A DNA stretch of 64,000 nt from the human T2T-CHM13v2.0 reference genome, Homo sapiens (GCF_009914755.1 NC_060929.1), one strand, 5' to 3'. Counted from the stretch's first letter, positions 30,832-44,150 are shown. Notes: a model not told the origin generated them from the sequence alone. Translations and numbers: made by a program.

Positions 30832-31251
30832 TACAATTTCCTACAAGTCATTAATCTTTGCACCTATTTATCCCCAGAAGAAATTCCTAAGACCTTAGCA
30901 CTTCAGCCCCCATCCCTGCAGACTTTGGTCTAGCACTCCTAATTCTGTCTAAGGCACTGGGGTGGGTGGCACTCTCAAGACTAACCTTGGTCACTCCCCA
31001 GTTACTCCCAGCTATTCTTTGTGATGCTCAAGTGCCCCTTTGTCCAATGATAACTGGGTTTAACCCTGATTCAGAGAGAGGATCAAAGACAAAAACAATA
31101 AAAAGCTACTGATTACTGTCCTGATCCCAGGCCCTGGCTGGTTTAGGTAAAGTTATGTTGCAATGGGAAGGAGAAGGATTGCCCTATTTTTAGAGCCACA
31201 ACAAAAAATTCATACTGTAACAAACTGCCAGCCTTTGGAAGAAAAAAAAAA

Positions 31252-31444
31252 TTAAATATTTATTTACTACCTTTGTTTATAATATAATTTATTTAACTAT
31301 AAGTTTATTTAATTTTTAATAACAGCTGTGCTTAACATAAAGCTCCTGAAAAGCTAACAATCAGCTGTTTTGAGCCAGTTTGAGCAAGCTCCAGGACACC
31401 GTTGGTATAAACTCTCTGTCCCCAGACTCCCCTCTCCCTAAATA
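31252..31444 (+). repeat. Diverged direct duplicate of 30190-30387
   Basis: Alignable by eye along its whole length, including non-transposon flank. Confidence 0.9.
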
Positions 31445-32070
31445 AGAATAAGAACCCAGGTTTTGGATCTAGACAGAGCAAGGTTCAAATCCTGATTTGG
31501 CTTTTTATCTGCTGGAGACCTTGGGCCTGTGACATCACCCCTCTGAGCTTCCAATTCATCATATATTAAATGGAGATAAAGAATGTAGCCAATGTCAGGA
31601 TTTTGATGAGCATCAATTAGGATATGTGGAAAAAGCCTGCCAAGCAGCTTGCCCAGAGGAAATGCCTCTTAATTATCAATTTGATGCAAATCAATAAGCC
31701 ATTGATCTCTCACTGGGTCAATGTTATAGATTCTTCTTGGAAAAAAAATTAAAAGTATCTTCAGAAACGAAGGCTCAATCACACAACACCTGGGAGAACT
31801 ACAGCTTACAGGGGTAATGAGGTCTCTCCCTGCCCTCTACCCAACACACCTGTCCTAACCTGACCTCCCTGAGAGCTCCATGATTTGGTAACAAGCACAT
31901 GGTGCCTTCCCAGAAATCAAAAGACTTGGCTTCTCCCTCCTCCCATGCTCATGCTCCCAAACTCCCAAACAGAGAGGCGGTCCTAGGAGTGGATAACATG
32001 GCGGGACAGGGGGAGGGGCAGTAGTAATCTACATGGTGGGGTCTGGAAGTGCCAGGAAGTCATGCTACAC

Positions 32071-32097
<27 letters not shown>
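32071..32097. repeat. (CA)n microsatellite
   Basis: Directly visible. Confidence 0.9.
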
Positions 32098-32101
<4 letters not shown>

Positions 32102-33654
32102 CATGTGTCCATAGATGCCAGAAGCGATTCATTTTCACAGGGAATAAGAACTTACACCCACGGTGAGAGCAGGACACAGTTTTTCAATCCCTCAGGAGTG
32201 AAGCAAAATGGCTTCCTGGAATCTGGAACTCAGGCCATGACTTCAAAGGCGAGGAAACTGAATCTCACAAAGTGAAGAGGCCTAGGCCAGAGTCTCATTG
32301 TTAATGCCAGACATACAATCAGGTACAAATGTGCCAGCTTCCCAAGGGGCCTGGGGGTTTTGTACTTCAACACTGCCCATGGAGAGTGTTCAACAGACCC
32401 CCTCTGGGGAGCAGGTTTGAATGTGGGCAGGAGCAGAAGATGGGTGGAGGTGATGGCAGGGAATGGCGGTGGGGGAAGGTAGAGGTGCTGATGGGGACTG
32501 AATGGGTGACCCAGTGAACAGCTGGGGAGAAATCCAGGGGCCAGCTGGGCCCTCACAGCTAGGCCTTTGGTCTGTTGGACATGAACAATTTCTCAGAGCA
32601 TCAACATGGATCAAGACAAAATCAAGACCACTCCACAATCATGTGTGAACACAGATGAAAACATAAGCACTCCTCAAGCTGCAATATGACCACATGGCCC
32701 CAGTCCTAGCTAATATGAGGGGCTGCTGCTTTTTTGCCTGTTCCAGATTTAGCCTCACTCCATGCTTCCCTCCTTCCAAATATGATTTATTGTGGTGCCC
32801 AATTCTAGAATTTTCTTCACTTCCCAACAGCATTCAATCCAAGCAAAGCCCTTCTTCCTTAAGCTGTCCTCCAAACACCTAACATAAGCCCACATTTTTA
32901 AAGTCCTCTCTGATACCCTTATACTGAAATGCTCACTGTTCTTTATGTTACATGTTCCCCATCACTGCAGTGAGGGACCAACCCAACTTGTTTAACAACA
33001 GGGGTGTCCCAAGTAGCCCTTGGCTGGAGGACGTTGATAATAGGTGGGTTGAAAACTCATTCAAGTATTCATTTGTTCATCAGAAGTCTATGATGTACCC
33101 AGCACTGTGTTAGGAGTTAGAGACACTGTATACTGGTGAGACAAAAATGGTCCCATTCTCCAGGAGCTGATAGCCTGTTAGATAAACAGACAAGTAAACA
33201 TCTTAGCATGGCTCCCTGTGGCATGCGCTCTGATGGGTCAGCACAAAGGAGGCACCTGTCACAGGTGAGGGGGCAAGGAAGGCTCCTTGGAGTGACACCT
33301 GAGAGAGGTCTGTGAGGGGCTGAATAATGCAGGCAGAGGTAGAGTATGCACAAATGCCTGGAGATGAGAGAGAAATGCAAGTGATTCAAGATGGCAGGAG
33401 TTAAGTAAGTGCAGGAAGCAAAGTAGCCTGAAATCCCAGAGAGAAGCTCTTTTCTTCTTCCCAAGGCATCAGGGAGCGTTGCAAAGGTTGCGAGCAGGTG
33501 GGTAACAAAACTGAGAGTCACACTGATGACATTGAAAGGCTGGTGCCTCACCCCTCCTGCCCTCAGGGGCAATCTGAGTTCCTAGAAGCTAGCTGAGATG
33601 GAAGCCCCTTCTTTGCATTACAACTGGGGCAGGAAGTATGAAAGAATAATTCAC

Positions 33655-34450
33655 AAAGTCAACTACATACAAATGAGTTGTTTCTGTACGGCAAAGCCTC
33701 CATCAACAGAGTAGGAAAGTAAACACAAAGGGAGAGAAATGTTACCGCATACATGTCAAAAATTTAATAACTGTATTGTAGGAAGATCTCTAGCAAATTA
33801 GTAAGACAAAGACTTTCCCAGTCGAAAATGGGCAAATCTATTTTCACCAACAAAGATATGCAAATAGATAATAGACACATGTAAAGAAGCCTAGTCTCAG
33901 TAATGATCAAAGAAAATAGACCAAGATGATATTATATCCTTTCCACTGACACATCAGCAAAGCCTAGAACTGTCAAGGATAGGAGGGAATAGGTACCCTT
34001 GTCTCATATATTCTCGGATGAAGAACAAGGCAAAATGATCTTAAGGGCGATTCAGTAATGACCATGGAAATGTCTAATGTCTATCTCTTTTGACTTAAGG
34101 ATCTCTCTACTACAAGTTTAATTTTGAGGCTGGGCATACCAAGATGTATGTACAAGAATGTGCCTCACAGATACATTTATATTAGTGCAAAGTTTATATT
34201 AGTGAAATGCAGGAATAACTTGAATGTCTACCATGAACAAAATGGAATAAATAAACCATGACATGGTTTATAATAATTCTGATGAAAGACTATGTAGCTA
34301 TTTAAAAGGAATGAAAGAGATTTAGCAGAACTAATCGAAGCGGTATCAATGATGCACTGCTCAGAGAGAGGACAGGGAGAAAGACACCAAACAGGATGTC
34401 AAATGTCTTAGATATGTGAAAATATACCATGCGTTATTTAATGTATGGAG
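33655..34450 (+). mobile_element. Old L1 (L1ME-like) ORF2 end and 3' fragment
   Basis: A-rich decayed L1 text (AAAATGGGCAAA..., GATGTATGTACAAGAATG..., AACTTGAATGTCTACCA). Confidence 0.6.
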
Positions 34451-34460
34451 GGTAAGTTAG

Positions 34461-34817
<357 letters not shown>

Positions 34818-35235
34818 ACATGTCGCTGTCTCCAGTGGCTCTTCCTTTCTTTTGGTGCCTTGGAGAGAGCATTGGACTGGAAGTCAAATGCCCTGTGTTT
34901 GAGTGCTGACCCTATCACTATTTAATGCAGTCCTGGCACTTATGGACTTGACTGGAAGAGGAAACAGCAGAATAAAGTGAAAGCCGGGCTTCCTTTAGCT
35001 TTGACCATCTGTTTTATGCCTGTGGTCATATTTTGATGCCCCAAGGAACCCTGAGAAGTAAATGAGGACAGGCAATATCTCCCTTCCCCAGATGACAGAC
35101 ACAGAATTGAGGCCTTATGTTAGTGACGCAGCAGGTTTGGGGATGAGGTGTAGTTCTGTAAGCTGTCTCCAATGTCATGGAGTGCCAGTGAGGGCAAGTC
35201 AGTGCTCACGTAGACTTAAAAACTCCCCAAATTTG

Positions 35236-35622
35236 GTATGTTAGTCAGCTTGGACTGCCATAATAAAATACCACAGACCAGATTGCCTAACAACAGAAAT
35301 GTATATTCTTACAGCTCTGGAAGCTGGAAATCCAAGATCAGGATGCCAGAATGGTCAGTTTCTGGTGAGGCATCTTTTCCTGGCATGAAGACAGCAGACT
35401 TCTTGCTATGTCCTTACATGGCTGAGAGAGAGAGAGAGAGAGAGAGTTCTTCTTCTTACAAGGCCACCAATGCTATGGGATTAGGAGGACATCCTTATTA
35501 CCTCATTTAATCTTAATTACCCCCCAGAAGCCTTGTCTCCAAACATGGTCACACTGGGGCTAGAGCTTTAACAGATGAATGAGCCAAGGTGGTGGGGGAG
35601 TGGACACCATTCAGGTTACAGC
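35236..35622 (-). mobile_element. MaLR solo LTR (MLT1A0-like)
   Basis: TGCCATAATAAAATACCACAGAC...GCTGGAAATCCAAGATCAGG...TTTCTGGTGAGG. Confidence 0.85.
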
Positions 35623-36479
35623 ATGTGGCTATGCTGGAGAGAAAGAACTAGTGCAAAAAGAAACATTGGATGAACTTAGGGCCAACAGAACTGAGAGGAA
35701 GTTCTTGAATGCAGCTCTTCCATGCACAAGTCCCAAAAACTGGACTTCTAGGGGAAACAGGACATAGCAGACAATGAAAAGATCACATATTTTGGAGAGT
35801 GACTTTCCCAATTCAAACCCTGGCTACTACCACGCTGTTGGGTGAGTGTCCGAGAGGCCTTGGGTTTCTCATGTCTAAAATAAGAGGTATTCAGACCCTC
35901 CCTACGGGTTAATCAAGCAGCTGTGAAGACAAAAATGAGATACGGCCGAGTTTCCAAGCATGTGGGGCACACGGCACTGACATACACAGATGATTTTAGG
36001 TGACTCGTGGATAAAGTATTAGACAACACTGACTCAGAGAAGAAAGTTGTTCTTTTCTAACTGGGTTCAGGCTTTCTCTTTTCATCCAAAGAGAAAAGTC
36101 CAGTTTGATGCACACATGTCATCAGCACCCCCTAATACCTGCCAATCTCCCTTTTCCACAAAGGTTTCAAGCCCTTTGCAGGAAATAGTATCCAACAATA
36201 ACTGAAGAATAGTTTGCATTTATTTTTACGATTATCTTTTCTATATAGCAAGTGAGGCTGGTTTACTTTTTAAAGTCATGACATAAAGTTTCCTTTTCAA
36301 ATAAATTTACTTTAGAAAAAAAGAGCTGACTTAAATGAGTAATAGTAAATGAATGATAGTGCAGGTAAGATGTGACTATGGTTAAAGCAAACAAACCAAT
36401 AGAAACTGCTCGGCAAAAGCAAAGCTTGAGTGACTGAATTTGGGGCAACTCTGTTGCTGGAGAGAAAGTACCAGACCCA

Positions 36480-36901
36480 GAGAGAAAAAAATGGGCATGG
36501 GAGGTAGGACTGACTAGCAGCTCCCACTTGGACAGGCAGAACAGCATGTGGAGACTCATGTCGTGAACTTTTGCTCCAATTACTGCAGGAGCATACCTGG
36601 AAAATGAAAAGAATACACAGACCTTTTTCAGTTATCTCACTGCAAAAGCCATGAGATAGCTGAAAAACGGTGAGTGCCTGAAGTGTGAGGGGCGAAAGCC
36701 CACCTCCGAACACACATCCTCACTGGGGAACCTGAAAATCCAGATCACCCAAGGAGGATTTAACCTTACCTAAAGTGTACACTGCCCAGGTGATGGGTAT
36801 ACCAAAATCTCAGAAATTACCACTACAGAACGTATCTGTGTGACCAAACACCTGTTCCCCAAAACTTATTGAAATAAAAAAGAAGAAGAAGAAGAAGAAA
36901 A
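36480..36901 (+). mobile_element. Internally deleted L1PB-type element: 5' UTR start joined to the 3' terminus and tail
   Basis: 36480-36775 resembles the L1PB/L1PBa 5' end (GGAGGTAGGACT...GCAGCTCCCACT...GTGTGGAGACTCA...GTGAACTTTTGCTCCAA). 36776-36880 is an L1PB 3' end (TGTACACTGC...GGTGATGGG...ACCAAAATCTCAGAAAT...TATTGAAATAAAAA), followed by a (GAA)n tail. Confidence 0.75.
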
Positions 36902-37105
36902 GCAACATAACTACTGAAGGAAAGGCCGGGGATCATGGTGATGTATACCTAGCAGATGCATTTATTTAAAATGTAGGAAAATTAAGAAAATAATGTGAGA
37001 TAACCTTAGAAGGAAGACTATGACCACACTGTTAGGTTATCTCAAGCTATAATGAAGCATTAAATAACATTAATTTTGTAATAGTGTTTTTAATGTATGG
37101 TATTT

Positions 37106-37804
37106 AATTATCTAGCTATACTTTTGGAATGGCTAGAGACAGAAAATACATAAAGGACCTATACAGAAAGGAACACAAGCAATTGATCATAATTAACATG
37201 ACATTGAATTTACAAATTATCTAGCTATACTTTTTTGGAATGGCTAGAGACAGAAAATACATAAAGGACCTATTTAAAGGCTTTTCAGTGACTTGGGTGA
37301 GAAGACTATACCCAACATAAGGTTTCATCTTGATTACTGCTGGTATTCCCAGCTGCTAATACCTAGTACCTACTAGGTGAATAATACATGTTTGTTGAAT
37401 TAATAACTTAATGCATAATAAAGAAATGCTTAATTAATGAAATAAGAGAGCCTGAGCTAAGATAACGACAATGGTAATAGAAAATAAGGAACAAATAGAA
37501 AAATATTGTTGAGACATAATCTATATGATTTAATATTAGATTGGAAGTGGAGAATGAATATATGAGTTTGGATTTTGAAGCCTGGGTGCACTGGGGGTGG
37601 AGTAGGGAAGATAATGAGGTTTTTACCCTCACTTGTACATAGAAAATTTTTTTAATTGTTAATCTTTTCATTGGAGGTATAAACTATGATTGAGCTTGGT
37701 AAATACCCATAGTACAGAAAGGAACACAAGAAATTGATCATAATTAACATGACAATGAATTTACAAATTATCTAGCTATACTTTTTTGGAATGGCTAGAG
37801 ACAG
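37106..37804 (+). repeat. Complex local duplication (A-B-C-A-B ... C-A)
   Basis: 37162-37253 vs 37713-37804 differ at 2 of 92 nt. 37106-37161 recurs at 37215-37272. Confidence 0.92.
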
Positions 37805-39685
37805 TGTTCTTAGCTAACTTCTAAAAGGATTCTAAGCAACCTGCATGCTTCAATGAATGGATAGCTTAGGTCCCACTCAGCTTTTCTCAACAGAAAATAC
37901 AAAATGAAAAAAGCTAATTAAGTAGAAAAGCTGCCCTGTAGCTCATCTCACAATTTTAGAAGCAATCCATTTTACTTTAAGTACTCCTAAGAGATACCTT
38001 CTAAAAGACAAGGATACTGGTAAAAATAACATAATGTTCCCAACTCACAATGTTTCCATATCTTCCCTGATGAATGGTAAAATAATCAAGATGATTTACA
38101 TACTCCTCACTGTGATATCTAGCTATTTGCTAAAACAGATGTCTGGTTTTTGTACCATAGATATCTTGAGGTTCCCCTAGGCAGAAAATCACAGGAGAAA
38201 GGAATCTCCCCTGGAAGACAGAATCTTAGAGAGGAAATCACATTGATAAATCTGACCACACCTCTCTTTGAACTTTTAAAATAAAGCATAAGTAAAAGAT
38301 GATATTTGGCTACCTTAATAGTCACTTAGCAGTCATGGGATATTACTAGGAAGTCACCTTTCTTGTTCAGGGAAACAAGCACGTTAGATTTTCCTGAAGT
38401 TTTACAATCTAAACACAAATAGACTCAGACCTGTTAGCTGGAAATGGGGTCTCTTGTTAGACTTCTTTGATCTTCTTGATACATTCTGTGTACATAGGAA
38501 AACAACTGCCTGTATCAGTCACTGTAAAGAGGTTTTAAGTATATGATAAACATTAATCACTTCACATCTGAACTAGCAGAAGCAAATTCTTAAGGCCAGG
38601 CTGGTCTCCCTGCAAGCAACCAGGACTTCATGAGGGTGTAGTAAGGAAATGGAAGCACATTACACAACCGTATATACAATTGTATACTGCTCAGCCAACA
38701 ATTTCTATTCTGGAGTTATAATCTTGTGTTCAAGATCCAGTCCGCGATCCATTCAATCCCGTGCTTTCCAAACAGTGTTCTCTCCTGTTATAAAAATTCA
38801 TGGGCAGCCAGAAAAAAAAATTACTAGAAAGAGTAATGTGGGTTACTTGGAAAAGGCAGATCCCCCCTGTTCTCTTCTCCATGGGAGACAGCACCATCGG
38901 CCTCTGTTGGAGCATTTGGTCCCTCCTATGAGGCCTTCCGGGTGTCTGCTCCATCAGGGCTGCTGAGAGACTTGCATTCTGGAAGGAGTTGGTTGACCAG
39001 CACCTATGGGAGATGCTGCTGACAGAGGTAAGAGGGGAATGAAGCTGCTTAGATTCTCCCCTCAGGCAAGGCTGGTCCCTTGTCACCTGTAGAGAGTCTA
39101 TCTTTGGCCTGAGTAAAGTGGTTTACATTGTCCCCAGTAAGAGACTACAGAGAAGACCTTGTCTTCCTGGCCATGCTCAAAGCTGAGAGCTCAAACCACC
39201 CTAAGGACTCTAACCATCCCAAAGGTCTGCAGCAGCCCCACTCACCATTTTCTGACCAGTCCAGGCAAAGCACACCATTGGCATTGCTGACTGGGCTGCT
39301 TGGACTGAAAAGACAAGGCCTGGGTGGCTGGGCCACCTGTCCCACTGTCTCAGCAGGTTTGCCTGACTCTAGATTTCCCTCAGAGGCCAAAAAAATGGAG
39401 TCTTCAGGAATTACAGAACACAGTTTCTGGCAGGCACTATCGAGGGTTTCCAATGCCCTCTCTGTGCAAAGGAGAAAACCCAAGCCCAGAGAAGGAAAGG
39501 GACTTCCCAGAGCCACACAGCAAGTTAGCAGCAGAGCTAGCACAAGAATTCTTGTGTCCTGATTCCTTAGCTAGGATTACCTCTTTCCAGAAGAGAGTTT
39601 TTCAGTGTACAAGTATAGTAGAAATGTGAAACTCCCAGGCCCCACTACATAAAGAAATCGGAAAGGGGAAGGGAATTAGCAGGTA

Positions 39686-39765
39686 TTAGGTTGGCGCAGA
39701 AGTGATTGTGGTTTTTGCCATTGAAAGTAATGGCAAAAACCACAATTACTTCTCTGCCAACCTAA
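39686..39765. mobile_element. MADE1 (Hsmar1-derived 80-bp mariner MITE)
   Basis: TTAGGTTGG...TTTTTGCCATT GAAAGT AATGGCAAAAA...CCAACCTAA, with TA TSDs at 39684-39685 and 39766-39767. Confidence 0.95.
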
Positions 39766-40983
39766 TATTAAGCACTAGATACTATTTTAGTGTTTAAATG
39801 AAAATATCGCATTTGGTCCTGTTACTCTTGCCTCCTCCGCAACCCCTCCATTTCCTGCAAAGTATGAAGTGAAAGCTCAGAGAATAACCTGCCGTTTAGA
39901 TCAGCAAGATGTGGCAGGAATAGCATGAACCTTGGAACCAGGTAGACCCAGTTCTGTGAAGCATGAGGGTGTGGCCTGGATCAATGAGAACTCCACTGAG
40001 TTCAGGATCTTCATCTGTAACTTGAGAGTAATAATCCTGGCCTCCCATATCTGGTAAGATCAAATTATCATGCAAAGTGCTTGGAGAAGAGTAGGTATTC
40101 AAAAACAGTGGCTTGTAAACAAATATTTAGAGTATCTGTATTCATTGCAGCCCCATAAAATAGAAATAACCTAAATGTCCATCAACAGGTAAATGACAAT
40201 AGACAAATATTGGTAAATCAATATGATGGAACACTACTCAATAATAAGAAGGAATAAAATACTGATATTTGCAATGACATGGATAAATTATAAAAACACT
40301 ACGCACCTCTACTTCTGGCTAAATTGCTCTTACCAGATCCTACCTTTGAATTGATAACAAACTATAAACTCTGTGGAGAAAAACAAAAACAAAACAACAC
40401 CACGATCTAAAGTCACTGAAGAGTAAACAACAGGCAAATTCTCAAGTGGGGTTAGTAATTTTAAAAAGGGATCTGCTTGGTGAGTTACCTGTTTTGTGGT
40501 GTATACATAGGCCTTTACTCTATCTTTTATCTTTACCCAAATCTCTGGCTGGTTCCTGAACCATGTTTGTACAGGATGGGCTCTAGACAGATGAGAATAA
40601 AAGAACTGAACTTGGATTTTAGCTGCAGCCCAAGATGCAAAATTTGCAGTTTGAGCCAAACAAGGTTAATTGCCCACTAAAGCAAACAAACAACAAAAAC
40701 CAAAATCTCAATACTCTTCAGAGGAATATATCAAAATGCAGAGTTTTCACAATGTTCCAATGTCCAGAATACAGAATCCAACATTACTCATCACATGAAG
40801 AAACAGGAAAATGTAACTCACTCTAAAAAGAAAAGATAATTAAAGAAGGCTGACCCAATATGACTCGATAATGGAATTATTAAACTAAAATTGATAAGTA
40901 GCTGTTGTAACTGTGGTTATAATAGCCTTTGGGAGAATGTTCAGATGGCATAAATGTATTTTTCATGTGAAATGAATGTGAAT

Positions 40984-41454
40984 TATTAGGGGCCAGCGGA
41001 AAGACTGTTCCATGGAATTTTTGAATATCACTTATTTGGCAAAGAAATTTTGCAGGCATGACTAAGTAAAGAATCTCAAAATATGGAAATTTTCCTGGAT
41101 TGCCCACGTACATCCCAAATGCAATCACATGTATCTTTGCAAGAGAGAGGCAGAGGAATATTTGACTACAGAAGAGAGAGTATGAACTGTGAAGACAGAA
41201 GCAAGAGATTAAAGTGATATAAGCAAGGGACCATGAGCCAAGAAATGCAGGCAGCTAAACAAGTTAAAAAAGTCAATGAAATGGAATTTCCCCAAGATCT
41301 TCCAGAAAGTACCAACCCTGCCAACACTGACTTCAGTGCAATGAAACTGGTTTCAGACTTCTGGCCTTCAAAATTGTGAAATAATATATTTGTGTTCTTA
41401 AGACACCAAGTAGTCTGTGGTAATTTGGTACAGCAGCTATAGAAAACTAATACA
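40984..41454 (+). mobile_element. MaLR solo LTR (MLT1D-like) inside L1
   Basis: GAGCCAAGAAATGCAGGCAGC...CCCTGCCAACAC...GGTAATTTGGTACAGCAGCTATAGAAAACTAATACA. Confidence 0.8.
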
Positions 41455-42018
41455 GTAATTTTTCTCAAGTAAAAAGAAAGATGACTGTAATGAATGGAAA
41501 GTTAGGACATCACACACAAAAAAGAGAAATGGTAGAAAAACCAAAATTCTAGAAATTCTAGAACTAACATATAAAATATCTTTTAAAAATCACTAGCTGA
41601 GCATAACAATCTGATGGAGATGACAGAGAAAGAATCAGTCAATTTGAAGATAATTATCTAATTCAATGTTGAAGACAATTTTCCAATCTAAAGAAACAGG
41701 TGAAGAGAGAAGATGAACACAGATTTATAGACCTATGGAACAATAGCAATAGGTTTAACATGTGTATAACTGGAGTCTCAGAAGCAGAAAAGCAAGAAAG
41801 TAGATCCAAAACTACATACTTGAAAAAATAATAGCCAATTTTCCCCCCAGTTTGGTAAAATACATCAATTTACAGATTCTAGACCTCAGCAAAATAAATA
41901 CAAATAAGATCTTACCTATGCACATCATAGTCAAACTTTGGAAATCTAAAGACACACAAAAAAATTGAAACTAGCCAGAGAAAATAGCACATTTTATGTA
42001 AATGAATAGTGACTTCTT

Positions 42019-42338
42019 TTTTGTTTTTGTTTTTGTTTGTTTGTTTTGTTTTGTTTTTTGAGACAGAGTCTCACTCTGTTGCCAGGCTGGAGTGTAGTGG
42101 TACGATCTTGGCTCACTGCAACCTCTGCCTCCTAGGTTTAATCGATTCTCCTGCCTTAGCCTCCTGAGTAGCTGGGACTACAGGTGTGTGCCACCAAGCA
42201 TGGCTAATTTTTGTATTTTTAGTAGGGACGGAGTTTCACCATTTTGGCCAGGATGGTCTCGATCTCCTGACCTTGTCATCCGCCCATCTCGGCCTCCCAA
42301 AATGCTGGGATTACAGGTGTGAGTCACTGCACCCGGCC
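42019..42338 (-). mobile_element. Alu (AluSc-like) inside L1 ORF1
   Basis: Perfect 17-bp TSD ATGAATAGTGACTTCTT at 42002-42018 and 42339-42355. Confidence 0.96.
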
Positions 42339-42481
42339 ATGAATAGTGACTTCTTAGCACAAACTATGGAAGCCAAAACATAGTAGAACAACATCTTTAA
42401 GGTTCTGAAAGAAAAAAAAAATCCGTTAACTCAGAATTCTATAACCAATAAAACTATCCTTCCTTCAAGAATGAATGTAAT

Positions 42482-44150
42482 CCCATGTTCATGGATCAGG
42501 AGAATTAACATTGGTAAATGCCAGTACTCCCCAAATTGAACTACAGATTCAATGTCTTCGCTACCAGAATCCTAGGTGTTCCTTTGTAAAAGTTGTGAAG
42601 CCAATCCCAAAATTTACACAAAATTGCAAGGGTCTCAGAATAGCCAAAACAATTATAAAAAAGAGAGACAAAGTAGAATAACTCACACTTTCTGATTGAA
42701 AAATTTACTGTAAATCAACAATAATCAAGACAGCATGCTATTAGTACAACGAAAGGCATAAAGACCAAAAGAACAGGATTGAGAGTTTAGAAATAAACCT
42801 ATACATCTAATTGAAACTGATTTTTGACGAGGGTGCCCAGATCATTCAATGGGGAGAATAATCTTTTCAGTAAATGGTGCTGGGACAACTGGAAAGTCAC
42901 ATGCAAAAGAATAAAATTTGACCTTTATATCACTCCATGTACAAAATGTAACTCAAAATGGAAGAAGGACTTAAATGTAAGAGCTGGAAGTATTAAACTC
43001 TTAGAAGAGAACATAGGAGTAAATCTTCATGACTTTGCATTTAGCAAAGGATTCTTAGATGCAGCACTAAAGGTACAAGAAATAACAACAAGATTAATAC
43101 ACTGAGCAACATCAAAATGAAAAACTTGTGTGAATCAAAGGACAACAAAAAGAAAATGCAAAAAACCAATGCACAGAAGGAGAGAAAAGATTCACAAATC
43201 ATATATCTGATAAAGGACTTGCATGTAGCTTATCTAAAGAGCTCTTACAGCTCAATTCTAAAAAGACAAATAACCAATTAAAAAGGAGCAAAGTCTCTGA
43301 ACAGACATTTCTCCAAGAAAGATATACATATGGTCAGTAGGCACATAAAGATGTTTGATACTATTGGTAATCAGGGAAATGCAAATCAAAATCACAGTGA
43401 GGTACTACTTCATACCCACTAAGTTGGCTACATTCAAAAAGTCAGATAATAACAAGTGTTAGCAAAGATGTAGAGAAGTCAGAACCCTCATATACTGCTG
43501 GTGGGAATGTGAAATGGTGTAGCTACTTTGAGAAACAGTCTGGCAGTTCCTCAAATGATTAAACATTGAATTACCATATGAACCAGATCCTAGATATCAC
43601 CCAAGAGAAATGAAGCATGTCCATACAAAAACTTGTATCACAAATATTTATGGCAGCATTATTTATAATAATCAAATGGTGAAAACAACCCAAATCTCCA
43701 TTAATGGGCAAGTGGTTAAACAAACTGTGGTATATCCACACAATGGACTATTGAGCTATAAAAATAAATGAAGCATTGATACATGCTACAACCTGTATGA
43801 TGAACATTGAAAACATTATACTGACTGCAAGAAGCCAGTTACTAAAGTCTATATATTTTATTATTCCATTCATATGAAAGCCCAGAATAGGACAATCTAT
43901 AGTGATAGATAGATAGAAGAGATTAGTTGTTGCTTAGGACTGAGGAGGGTTGGAAGGATGTGGAGGTGATAACTAGATGGAATTAGGTTTCTTCTGGGGT
44001 AATGAAAATGTTCTAAAATTGACTATAGTGATGATTACATGTATTTGTGAATATACTAAAAAATTGAATTGTACACTTTAAATAGGTGAATTATATGATA
44101 GGTGAATCATACGTTATGTGAATTATATCTTGATAAAGATGTTTTTGAAA
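42482..44150 (+). mobile_element. 5'-truncated L1 (L1MB-like): ORF2 C-terminus and 3' UTR
   Basis: ORF 42824-43105 (NLFSKWCWDNW...KWKKDLNVR...IKLLEENIG) is L1 ORF2p. TSD AAGAATGAATGTAAT (42467-42481) / AAGAAGGAATATAAT (44151-44165), 13/15 identical. Confidence 0.88.
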
